Below, piece by piece: positions 25,748 to 33,277 of a stretch of DNA of 64,000 nt (its first letter is position 1; each line of letters starts with the position of its first letter). A model generated the notes under the pieces. It ran no database searches. It was not told the origin of the DNA and was given only the letters and a program-made list of their open reading frames with translations. A program made the position numbers and the translations under genes. The DNA is from an uncultured Alphaproteobacteria bacterium (lineage in GTDB: Bacteria; Pseudomonadota; Alphaproteobacteria; CAAHEQ01; UBA3637), in assembly GCA_944391735.1 (NCBI GenBank), contig CALXUR010000002.1, forward strand, positions 2,484-66,483, in the 5' to 3' direction.

Positions 25748-26251
25748 GTGTATACGGGGGACGATGAAACCTATAACAGTGCCGTCATTCGGTGGTCTGT
25801 TCAAGGTTATGTTGATACCTCCGCCTTACAAGATGAGTTTGATTACGAGTATTATTTCATCGGAAACACCGTTCAGAATCAATTCGCTTTGGATATCTCT
25901 GCCGTCACGGAAAATCTGAATGAAAAATTGGATTGTAATCTAAACAATGCCACGGATGTCGGTCGATCAAATATCACACATTTATGTGTTCCGGATTATA
26001 GCCGGTTGGAATCCAAAACGGATGGTATCGATTATACAGCGGAACAAGACGGCTTCATTGTTTGGCAGGGTAAAATTGTTCACAGTTATAATACATATGC
26101 TTTAAAGATTAACGATGTAGAAATCGGATGGGCCTCTAATGAGGATTGGACAAGTTGTTGCTGCCGATGCGTTTACCCGATTGCCAAAGGAGATAAATAT
26201 CATTCAACCGGTAGTAATTATTTTGCGTTTTGTCCTGTGCGAGGGGCTTAA
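25748..26251 (+). CDS. Short tail fibre: N-terminal anchor plus knob module (paralog 1 of 4)
   Basis: GTG start. The C-terminal ~110 aa shares LNxKxDxxLNN...(C/W)(V/G)(I/L)PDYS...DG(F/Y) and terminal F.P..G motifs with the three downstream genes. Confidence 0.5.
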   Translation: MYTGDDETYNSAVIRWSVQGYVDTSALQDEFDYEYYFIGNTVQNQFALDISAVTENLNEKLDCNLNNATDVGRSNITHLCVPDYSRLESKTDGIDYTAEQDGFIVWQGKIVHSYNTYALKINDVEIGWASNEDWTSCCCRCVYPIAKGDKYHSTGSNYFAFCPVRGA

Positions 26252-26301
26252 CCGTTCATGAACGTCGATATAACGGTTTATTCATATAAAGGAGAAATAT
26301 A

Positions 26302-26607
26302 ATGAAAAAATATGCAAAGATAGTCAATGATAAAACAAAGGCCTGTGAAGTCGGGATTGGAACGAATAAAACATTTTATAAATCTATCGGAATGACAGAA
26401 CTGGATGTCGAACAAGCCTTCGATGGAAACTGGTATCTGACGGGATATGCACCCTCTGCGCCGGAACACGGTTACGCGGAAAAGCGATCTGCCGCGTATC
26501 CGTCAATTGCCGAACAATTGGATATGTTATATTGGGATAAAGTAAACGGCACCTCTGTTTGGATTGATACAATCGATGGAATTAAGTCGAAATTTCCAAA
26601 GGAGTAA
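26302..26607 (+). CDS. Small phage protein, possible fibre assembly/chaperone-like
   Basis: 101 aa with an AAGGAG RBS. Motif AAYPSIAEQLDMLYWD. Located between fibre-module genes. Confidence 0.35.
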   Translation: MKKYAKIVNDKTKACEVGIGTNKTFYKSIGMTELDVEQAFDGNWYLTGYAPSAPEHGYAEKRSAAYPSIAEQLDMLYWDKVNGTSVWIDTIDGIKSKFPKE

Positions 26608-26609
26608 AA

Positions 26610-26993
26610 ATGAGTAAAGATATCGATTATGGTTCTATTTTGGAATCACTGAATGGAAAAATAGATCTGGATATGAACAATACCGGCTCTTCCGGAAAAT
26701 CAACTGCAGTTGGTTGGGGTATACCTATGTATTCAACAGCCGTATCCAAGTCTTGTAATACGGAATATATATCCGATTTAAATGGATATGTATGTTGTTA
26801 TACAAATTATAGTTCAGCTTCTCATAATCAAAGTTTGTATATTGGTGGTGTGTTAATTCAACATGTTGGGACAGATATTGTATACGGGGCGACTTCAGTG
26901 TTTGCACCGGTAAAAATAGGGCAAACATATAAGATTGAAACTTCAGGAAATAAAGTTTTTACCATGTTGTTTATTCCTTGTTCAGATAGTTAA
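26610..26993 (+). CDS. Fibre knob module protein (paralog 2)
   Basis: ILESLNGKIDLDMNN...GWGIPMYSTAVS...LNGYVCC...FIPCSDS. Own AAGGAG RBS. Confidence 0.5.
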   Translation: MSKDIDYGSILESLNGKIDLDMNNTGSSGKSTAVGWGIPMYSTAVSKSCNTEYISDLNGYVCCYTNYSSASHNQSLYIGGVLIQHVGTDIVYGATSVFAPVKIGQTYKIETSGNKVFTMLFIPCSDS

Positions 26994-27093
26994 CTTAAAA
27001 ATATTCGTCGACTATCTTTGTGATGTGAAGTATCACGATGGTGACGAAAGATAGGAATAGTTGTGTTATACTGAAATTTTAAAGGAGCTCTAG

Positions 27094-27471
27094 ATGTCAA
27101 ATATTAATACAGATGATAATATTCTTTTAGAAGTCTTAAATAATAAAGTGGATCGTGATTTTAATAATATGAATCCCTCCGATACGGCACGAGAGGAAAT
27201 AATGCGCTGGGGAATACCTGATTATAGTCGCGGTGTTTCCATACAAACACCTTATACAATGCCGTATGACGGCTATGTTCTGATTGTTCGTGGGGGTGGT
27301 AAAAGCTTGGTTTCTCTGTATGTGGATGGTGTTTTGGTCGGTTCCAATAACTCTAATACAAGTAATGAAGGCGGTTCCATCACTTGTTTCGCGGCAAAAG
27401 AAAGTGTTGTGACGTGGGGTGATAACGGTAATGTAACAAACCGCATTGTTTTCCCGCTTCGTGGTTCTTGA
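27094..27471 (+). CDS. Fibre knob module protein (paralog 3)
   Basis: LLEVLNNKVDRDFNNMNPSDT...RWGIPDYSRGVS...YDGYVLI...VFPLRGS. Own AAGGAG RBS. Confidence 0.5.
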   Translation: MSNINTDDNILLEVLNNKVDRDFNNMNPSDTAREEIMRWGIPDYSRGVSIQTPYTMPYDGYVLIVRGGGKSLVSLYVDGVLVGSNNSNTSNEGGSITCFAAKESVVTWGDNGNVTNRIVFPLRGS

Positions 27472-27499
27472 TAAATTCGTTGGTGTTTGGGGGCGTGCC

Positions 27500-27883
27500 A
27501 TGGTTATGCAAGTGGATGAAAATATAATTTTAGAGGTTTTGAATGATAAGGCTGATCTTGATTTAAATAATATAAATCCATCTGATACGATAAAAAATCT
27601 GCTTATCAGATGGGGGCTCCCGGACTATACCGCCGGTATCGTTTATCAGGCTGGGACGCATAAAGCACCGGCGAGCGGCTTTATTTATGCTATGAAATGG
27701 GGAAATTACGGTGCAAGTGGGAAGGTATCTGTGAATGGTGCCGAAGTTCTTTGTTTTCAATGGGGGATTTATAACGGTAAGGATGGTGCGGGTGTCGGTA
27801 TCATGGCTCCTGTGGTTGAAAATGACGATATTGTCGCAACCGGAACGGGCTTTACATTTTATCCATGTCAAGGTGTTGTCTGA
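27500..27883 (+). CDS. Fibre knob module protein (paralog 4)
   Basis: ILEVLNDKADLDLNNINPSDT...RWGLPDYTAGIV...ASGFIYA...FYPCQGVV. Start set to the ATG at 27500, after the upstream stop at 27471. Confidence 0.5.
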   Translation: MVMQVDENIILEVLNDKADLDLNNINPSDTIKNLLIRWGLPDYTAGIVYQAGTHKAPASGFIYAMKWGNYGASGKVSVNGAEVLCFQWGIYNGKDGAGVGIMAPVVENDDIVATGTGFTFYPCQGVV

Positions 27884-27897
27884 AAATGTGTGTGTAT

Positions 27898-28218
27898 ATG
27901 AAAGTGAAAAATGCTATGCCTGAAAAAACACCCGAGTTTTTATTGTTTGCAATCGGTGCCGTGATGGGGCTTATCGGCTTAATCGTTCGTGGTATATCGT
28001 CCGCTCGGACGGCATTGACGGAATGGATTATTTCCGTTTTTGTCGCGGTTATAACCGGTTGGGCTGTTCGTGATTATATCGTCAGTGATGGTTTGTATAA
28101 CGCATGTGTCGCAACCGGATCGTTCTTCGGTGTCTATATCGTTCGCGGCATTGAAAATATCATGAAACACTTTTCGGCCGATCCGTTGGGAACTGTTGAA
28201 CGACTTCGTCAAAAATAA
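27898..28218 (+). CDS. Holin-like small membrane protein (three TM segments)
   Basis: TM segments FLLFAIGAVMGLIGLIV, WIISVFVAVITGWAV and ACVATGSFFGVYIV. Charged C-terminus. Precedes the endolysin. Start ambiguous (27865, 27898 or 27916). Confidence 0.45.
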   Translation: MKVKNAMPEKTPEFLLFAIGAVMGLIGLIVRGISSARTALTEWIISVFVAVITGWAVRDYIVSDGLYNACVATGSFFGVYIVRGIENIMKHFSADPLGTVERLRQK

Positions 28219-28219
28219 C

Positions 28220-28248
28220 TTGACTTTTTATTCAAAATATGCTATAAT
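28220..28248 (+). promoter_or_regulatory. Near-consensus sigma70 promoter TTGACT-17-TATAAT
   Basis: -35 at 28220-28225, -10 at 28243-28248. Begins 2 nt after the holin-like stop. Confidence 0.65.
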
Positions 28249-28260
28249 CCAATTTAGTTA

Positions 28261-28289
28261 AAAGCCGGAAATGTATCCGGCTTTTTTTT
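28261..28289 (+). terminator. Intrinsic terminator 1 (AAAGCCGGA-loop-TCCGGCTTT plus T-run)
   Basis: Perfect 9-bp stem, 6-nt loop and T8, only ~10 nt downstream of the predicted start site of the promoter above. Confidence 0.7.
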
Positions 28290-28291
28290 AT

Positions 28292-28316
28292 CCTCGGCAG
28301 ATAGCCGGGTTTTTTT
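28292..28316 (+). terminator. Intrinsic terminator 2 (CCTCGGC-AGATA-GCCGGG plus T7)
   Basis: 6-bp stem (one G-U pair) followed by T7. Ends at the first ATG of the endolysin ORF. Confidence 0.55.
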
Positions 28317-28331
28317 ATGAAAGGAAAGCTC

Positions 28332-28727
28332 ATGACGGAATTGGAAGTTCTGACAAAAACAATTTACGGCGAAGCCCGCGGTGAACGTCAACCCGGAATG
28401 GAAGCCGTTGCCAATGTTATTATCAATCGAGCCAAAAATCCCGGATGGTGGGGCAGGGATGTTGTTTCTGTTTGTTTAAAACCCAAACAGTTCAGCTGTT
28501 GGAACGAAGATGATCCTAATCGCCGGGTTTTGGAACACAACTTATCCGGTGATATTGTCTATCGGTTATGTGAACAAATCGCCCGTCGGGCATTGGCCGG
28601 ACAGTTGCCGGATCACACAAACGGAGCCACGCATTATCATACAAAATCGGTTCAACCAAGGTGGGCTGAACATTTGGTGCCTTGTGCCGATATCGGTCAT
28701 CATTTGTTTTATAAGGAGGTTGTATGA
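28332..28727 (+). CDS. Cell wall hydrolase, SleB/CwlJ (Hydrolase_2) family endolysin
   Basis: LTKTIYGEARGE...AVANVIINR...PKQFSCWN...ATHYH pattern. AAGGA RBS favours the ATG at 28332 over 28317. Confidence 0.8.
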   Translation: MTELEVLTKTIYGEARGERQPGMEAVANVIINRAKNPGWWGRDVVSVCLKPKQFSCWNEDDPNRRVLEHNLSGDIVYRLCEQIARRALAGQLPDHTNGATHYHTKSVQPRWAEHLVPCADIGHHLFYKEVV

Positions 28728-29080
28728 AACGGTGTCTTATCTGTGTCACTCTCTTATTCTTAACCGGGTGTGCGGCGAAGGAGGCGAGTCAAACAATTGC
28801 CGCGTCGACCTTGCGGGACGTGTCGGCGGTGCAGGAAACGGTAAAGAAGATAGAAGTTCAAACGCCTATCGAATGTAAAACAGAAGTGTTTATGGCACAT
28901 TTGGAGTCCATCAACCGGCAAGTGTCCGGTATCGGCGGGCAGATTGAAAGTATCTCGGCCGCATGTCAAACGGAAAAGCAGGTCTTGGAGGAACGGATTA
29001 CGGCACGTAACGGTGTTATTTTCGGGCTGGGCGTTTTGATACTGGTGTTGGGGTGGTTCGTGATCAGGAAAGGGAGATAA
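28724..29080 (+). CDS. Unimolecular spanin-like protein (N-terminal lipoprotein signal plus C-terminal TM anchor)
   Basis: Lipobox LLFLTGC at the N-terminus, TM helix VIFGLGVLILVLGWFVI at the C-terminus. ATGA overlap with the endolysin stop. Confidence 0.5.
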   Translation: MKRCLICVTLLFLTGCAAKEASQTIAASTLRDVSAVQETVKKIEVQTPIECKTEVFMAHLESINRQVSGIGGQIESISAACQTEKQVLEERITARNGVIFGLGVLILVLGWFVIRKGR

Positions 29081-29081
29081 G

Positions 29082-29624
29082 ATGATACAACTGAATTATG
29101 CGATTTTTATGGCTGTTTGGCGGCGATGGTTCGGAGGCGGGTTTGACAGGTTAGGAGATAACCGTTTTTTGCAACATCTTATAGGTGGCGGAGTGGCATG
29201 CTTTGTTTTGTGGTATAACGGGTATCATTGGATACAGGTTGTTTTGGCGGCATTAGTTCTGCAAGGATTGTTCTGGGCGCGCTCTCACGGATGTTGCTTT
29301 GATTACGGGCACGGGAAAGTGGATGAAAGCCGATACAATCAACTCTGGTATTGGAAGTATCTTAAAAAGATGATGCCGGAGTCTTTATGGTATACGTTTT
29401 ACGGAGATTTTTTCCTGATGTTGATTCGGTATAGTCTGCCGGCGTTTGTATTAGCGATTATCTTGGTGTCGTCCCTTTGTTTGATGATGGGGATATGTGT
29501 TGCTTCTGTGTATGCTTTGTGCTGGATTGGGTATGATTTCGGGTGGACAAAACGCCCGACCGAGATAGCCGAATATCTGGCCGGGTTTATGGCGGCGCTA
29601 TTGCTGGGGGCAGCCTTAATTTGA
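29082..29624 (+). CDS. Hypothetical multi-pass membrane protein at the end of the tail/lysis cluster
   Basis: Starts 1 nt after the previous stop. Four to five hydrophobic segments, Trp/Tyr-rich. Confidence 0.45.
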   Translation: MIQLNYAIFMAVWRRWFGGGFDRLGDNRFLQHLIGGGVACFVLWYNGYHWIQVVLAALVLQGLFWARSHGCCFDYGHGKVDESRYNQLWYWKYLKKMMPESLWYTFYGDFFLMLIRYSLPAFVLAIILVSSLCLMMGICVASVYALCWIGYDFGWTKRPTEIAEYLAGFMAALLLGAALI

Positions 29625-30374
29625 CGACAGAGGGCGAATAAGGTCTGTGATGACACCATGAAGTGTCTTAATTTCCGCTTCCGTCAGACCGGATCTCGTA
29701 AATATATTACGTAAATTACGTTGCATTCGGTCGCGTTTATCGGGGAATCGAAAATAACCGCGTTTTTCAAGTTCTGTTTCCAAGTGATTGAACAGAGCCG
29801 ATAACTCTTGTTTTGTAGCCGGCTTGGCCCCTCCCATTTCGAAATGGGTATTGTCATGGTCATGCGTTTGTTTGAACCATTCATATCCTAATAATAGAAC
29901 CGCTTGTGACAAATTCAGTGAACTGTGCCGCGGATTTAAAGGAATTTCAATGATACCGTCTGCCATAACAAGTTCCTCATTTTCCAGACCGGTTCGTTCG
30001 GCACCGAACAATAAAGCGGTTTTTAATTGCCGGTTGACTTGACCGTGTAATAATGAAACCGCTTTTCCCGGATGATAAACAGGTTTCGTCATTTCACGAG
30101 GACGGGCTGTTGTCGCTAATGTAAAGTGAATATCGGCCAAAGCATCTGGAAGTGATTGATAAACAATGGCTTTCTCTAAAATAACCTGCGCCCCCGATGA
30201 TGCTGACACGGCTTTTTCCGACAAGTGATCTTCTCGCGGACAAACCAACCGCAGTTCGGATAACATACAATTCATCATTGCGCGGGCAACCATACCGATA
30301 TTTTCGGCCATTTGTGGTCGAACAAGAACAATAACCGGTCCCTCTGCTTGTTGAAAAGAAACTTTTTTACTCAT
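29616..30374 (-). CDS. SpoU/TrmH-family RNA 2'-O-methyltransferase (TrmJ-like)
   Basis: SPOUT motifs (VLVRPQMAENIGMVARAM, LLFGAERTGL, IEIPLNP...SLNLSQAV) with a C-terminal extension as in TrmJ. Confidence 0.8.
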   Translation of the reverse strand: MSKKVSFQQAEGPVIVLVRPQMAENIGMVARAMMNCMLSELRLVCPREDHLSEKAVSASSGAQVILEKAIVYQSLPDALADIHFTLATTARPREMTKPVYHPGKAVSLLHGQVNRQLKTALLFGAERTGLENEELVMADGIIEIPLNPRHSSLNLSQAVLLLGYEWFKQTHDHDNTHFEMGGAKPATKQELSALFNHLETELEKRGYFRFPDKRDRMQRNLRNIFTRSGLTEAEIKTLHGVITDLIRPLSSN

Positions 30375-30377
30375 GCC

Positions 30378-30878
30378 TTAAAACGCACTTATGTCAATCG
30401 GGTAACTTGTTTGACCCGGTGTTTTTTTTGCTTCATCAATAGCTTGTTTTTCGACTTGATCCCGCAGGTGTGTCAAAGCGTTTAAGTCCTCTTCCGAAAC
30501 ATTAAAGCGGATACTCTCGGCAAGTTGATTAATCGCCTTTTCGGGGTCGGATTGAATGTTTTTTCCGGCTTCTCCGATATCTTTTCCTTTCATGCCATAG
30601 GACATTTTTTGCATGACAGGCAATGCCTCTTTTAATACCTGAACGGACGTCTTATCAATTATTCCGTCCCGTTGCATTTTTTCAATTTGAATCAAATAAG
30701 ATAAATCGGGCTGATTATCTGCTTCCCAGGCATCCCGATACATTATTTTGGCGATAAGCGGACTTTGTAAAATTTCAATCCCTGAAACAGGCGTCGAAAC
30801 ATTTGAATTCGTTTCCTGTGCGTAAACAGGTTGCGTCATTAAACAGCCCAAAATAACAAATCCGAAAACAAATCGCAT
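30378..30878 (-). CDS. Secreted hypothetical protein
   Basis: Signal peptide (FVILGCLMTQPVYA). No recognisable domain. Confidence 0.45.
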   Translation of the reverse strand: MRFVFGFVILGCLMTQPVYAQETNSNVSTPVSGIEILQSPLIAKIMYRDAWEADNQPDLSYLIQIEKMQRDGIIDKTSVQVLKEALPVMQKMSYGMKGKDIGEAGKNIQSDPEKAINQLAESIRFNVSEEDLNALTHLRDQVEKQAIDEAKKTPGQTSYPIDISAF

Positions 30879-30886
30879 ACGGCCTC

Positions 30887-31393
30887 CTATCTGCGTGAGT
30901 CAATAATACGCAAAGAATTTTCAATCAAGTTCTCAATGGATAACCCTGTGTATTTTTCAAAAATTTCGGCGTAAGCGTTGCTGGCCGTTGCGACAGGATG
31001 GTTTGATTGTTTTAAATAAATCATAGAGGCCATGATTTGACGCCTTAATTTTTCGGGTGCCGTGTTGATCAGATTGTCAATACCGTCCGGAATTTGGTAT
31101 CCCATGTTTCTTAAATGTTGTGTCATTAACAACATATTAGTGATATTGACGTCCGGAGCAATCATTTTTTGTCCCATGGCCGTGTTCCACGTTGAATTCG
31201 AACCAACGAAATCAGGTAATTCCGTTTCCAATGTGTTGGGTGTGTTTTTCGCGTCAGACATAACGACCTTTGTCGGAATCTGTTTGTCGGCAACCGGCGA
31301 TTTGTTTGCCCACGGATTTCCTGGTAATTGCGCCGCCCCCGATAACGGCATCCCCATGATTAAAGCGATTGTGACATATCTGAAATAATTCAT
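30887..31393 (-). CDS. Secreted hypothetical protein
   Basis: Signal peptide (ALIMGMPLSGAA). Overlaps the pssA stop by 4 nt. Confidence 0.45.
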   Translation of the reverse strand: MNYFRYVTIALIMGMPLSGAAQLPGNPWANKSPVADKQIPTKVVMSDAKNTPNTLETELPDFVGSNSTWNTAMGQKMIAPDVNITNMLLMTQHLRNMGYQIPDGIDNLINTAPEKLRRQIMASMIYLKQSNHPVATASNAYAEIFEKYTGLSIENLIENSLRIIDSRR

Positions 31394-32181
31394 TCTATAC
31401 CCCCTTTTCGTTTAAATTTTAAAAAGTAGTAAATACAAACAGGAATTGATATAATATATCCGATACCAAGCAGGCTGAGCGTCAACCAAGGATTTGCAAA
31501 CAGTCCCGCTAAAAACAACAAAGCCGCAACCCCTAAAATCGTTACATATTTTTTAGGAATGTGTAAGTGCTTTAAACTGAGTGTCGGGATTTTGCTGGCC
31601 ATCATAATGCCGCTGAAAACCAAAAAGAATCCGACAAAAACAGGGGATCTGAAAAAATCTACCTGTTTATCGGTTGCCAACCATAAGACAAGCGGGAAGA
31701 TAGCCAGTCCGGCTCCCGATGGTGCGGGAACCCCCATAAAAAAATGAGTCCAATATGACGGTTGTTTTTCATCCAACATAGTGTTGAAACGAGCCAATCG
31801 TGTTGCGCAACACATGGCCAGAAAAAGGGCGACCGCCCAATAAATGCCGATGGCGTTGGAACGTGTCGCTTCATTTTTCAGAACTTCTATTCGAATATCC
31901 GCATTCATTGTCCATAAATACATTAAAACACCGGGAGCCACACCGAAACTGACAAAATCCGATAAAGAATCGAGTTCGGCACCGAAACGGGAGGAAACGC
32001 CCAACATGCGAGCGATTTTTCCGTCCAACAGATCAAAAATTGCGGCCAACATAATAAATAAAACGGCTAATTGCCAGTGTCCCCAGAAAGCCATGTTTAA
32101 AGAAGACACACCAAAAGCCAAGGCCGTCATGGTAACGGCATTCGGAAATAACGGTCGAAGACTGATTTCTTTTTTTGCCAT
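31390..32181 (-). CDS. pssA: CDP-diacylglycerol--serine O-phosphatidyltransferase
   Basis: CDP-alcohol phosphatidyltransferase motif DLLDGKIARMLGVSSRFGAELDSLSD. Multi-TM. Adjacent to psd. Confidence 0.9.
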   Translation of the reverse strand: MAKKEISLRPLFPNAVTMTALAFGVSSLNMAFWGHWQLAVLFIMLAAIFDLLDGKIARMLGVSSRFGAELDSLSDFVSFGVAPGVLMYLWTMNADIRIEVLKNEATRSNAIGIYWAVALFLAMCCATRLARFNTMLDEKQPSYWTHFFMGVPAPSGAGLAIFPLVLWLATDKQVDFFRSPVFVGFFLVFSGIMMASKIPTLSLKHLHIPKKYVTILGVAALLFLAGLFANPWLTLSLLGIGYIISIPVCIYYFLKFKRKGGIE

Positions 32182-32183
32182 GG

Positions 32184-32951
32184 TTATTCTCCTTTTTTGT
32201 TCGTTTTAATATCGGTCATATCCGCCAAAACCGTTTCTCCCGCAACGGCAACCTGTCCCAATAAAACTTTCGGGTAAACCCCTTCGGGTAAATAAACATC
32301 CAATCTGCTACCGAAACGAATCATGCCGAAAACTTGTCCGGCTTTTAAATTTTCTCCTTCTTTCAATGGGCAAAAAATCCGGCGCGCTACTAATCCGGCA
32401 ATTTGAATAACACCGATTTTTTGACCGTTCTCTGCAATCATTGAAATTTCCTGACGTTCATTATCCTCACTATCCTTATCCGCAACACTGACAAATTTCC
32501 CGGGGCGGTATTTTAACCGGTGAACCGTTCCTGTAACGGGCGCGCGGTTGACGTGGACGCTGAATACACTCATAAAAATACTGATGCGTGTCATGGGTTT
32601 ATCCCCCAGATCCAACTCTGCCGGTGGGACGACGGGTTTGATGTTACTGACAATACCGTCCGCCGGTGCGATAATCAGATTTTTATCCGTCGGTGTGACA
32701 CGCGTCGGATTCCGGAAAAAGTAAAAAGAAAATATCCAGACGGGCACCCCGATCCACCAAAAAGAAGGAATACAAATATTAAAAACGACGTTCATTAATT
32801 GGATTAACAGATCAATACACAGGAAAATACCGACTTCCCATAACAAAATCTTGACTCCTTCCGGATGAATGGCCGGTAACAGGTACCGCCGCCAATTTAA
32901 TTTAACCTGATCCAAATCCGCCTGTGTCGGAAAAGAGTATGTTTTTGTCAT
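32184..32951 (-). CDS. psd: Phosphatidylserine decarboxylase proenzyme
   Basis: Membrane-anchored N-terminus. Self-cleavage-type FGSR motif (MIRFGSRLDVYLP). GAGGAG RBS before the ATG at 32951. Confidence 0.85.
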   Translation of the reverse strand: MTKTYSFPTQADLDQVKLNWRRYLLPAIHPEGVKILLWEVGIFLCIDLLIQLMNVVFNICIPSFWWIGVPVWIFSFYFFRNPTRVTPTDKNLIIAPADGIVSNIKPVVPPAELDLGDKPMTRISIFMSVFSVHVNRAPVTGTVHRLKYRPGKFVSVADKDSEDNERQEISMIAENGQKIGVIQIAGLVARRIFCPLKEGENLKAGQVFGMIRFGSRLDVYLPEGVYPKVLLGQVAVAGETVLADMTDIKTNKKGE

Positions 32952-33047
32952 TGTGTATCTCCTCAAATATTTAAATACCTTTTATCACTCTAAATCATTT
33001 TTGCACAAAATTAAAGAAATTTTTCTTGTTTTTTCCAAAAAAATATC

Positions 33048-33076
33048 TTGACAAGGTTGAAAAAGTCGGCTATAGA
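33048..33076 (+). promoter_or_regulatory. Sigma70-like promoter for tRNA-Leu (TTGACA-17-TATAGA)
   Basis: -35 at 33048-33053, -10 at 33071-33076, about 10 nt before the tRNA 5' end. Confidence 0.6.
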
Positions 33077-33086
33077 TTTAACCGCT

Positions 33087-33173
33087 GCCCAGATGGCGAA
33101 ATTGGTAGACGCGCTAGTTTCAGGTGCTAGTCCTGTCAAAGGGGTGGAAGTTCGAGTCTTCTTCTGGGCACCA
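33087..33173 (+). tRNA. tRNA-Leu (anticodon CAG), long variable arm
   Basis: Acceptor GCCCAGA/TCTGGGC, anticodon loop TTCAGGT, variable arm, T-arm GGAAGTTCGAGTCTTCT, encoded CCA. Confidence 0.9.
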
Positions 33174-33181
33174 AATATAAA

Positions 33182-33207
33182 ACCTCCGGTTCGGAGGTGT
33201 TTTTTTT
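33182..33207 (+). terminator. Rho-independent terminator after tRNA-Leu
   Basis: ACCTCCG-GTT-CGGAGGT hairpin followed by T-run. Confidence 0.8.
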
Positions 33208-33277
33208 ATCTTTTTCTTGATTTTTATTCGGGACTGCTATATAAAGAGGCATTATGTCATGAACAGAAAGGGTTTTT

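Noticed and set aside
25748-27883. DGR or invertase-driven shufflon acting on the fibre cassettes
   Set aside because: No reverse transcriptase or site-specific invertase gene is present. The copies share too little DNA identity for a template/variable-repeat pair or crossover sites, and each has its own RBS and start.
28317-28331. ATG at 28317 as the endolysin start
   Set aside because: It directly abuts the T-run of the second terminator and has no RBS. The ATG at 28332 has an AAGGA RBS and gives the typical Hydrolase_2 N-terminus (…LTKTIYGEARGE).
18792-29624. Intact integrated prophage at tRNA-Val
   Set aside because: No integrase, excisionase, capsid, portal, terminase or replication genes are present. 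No duplicated tRNA 3' segment was seen at the right end. It is interpreted as a tail-only element instead.
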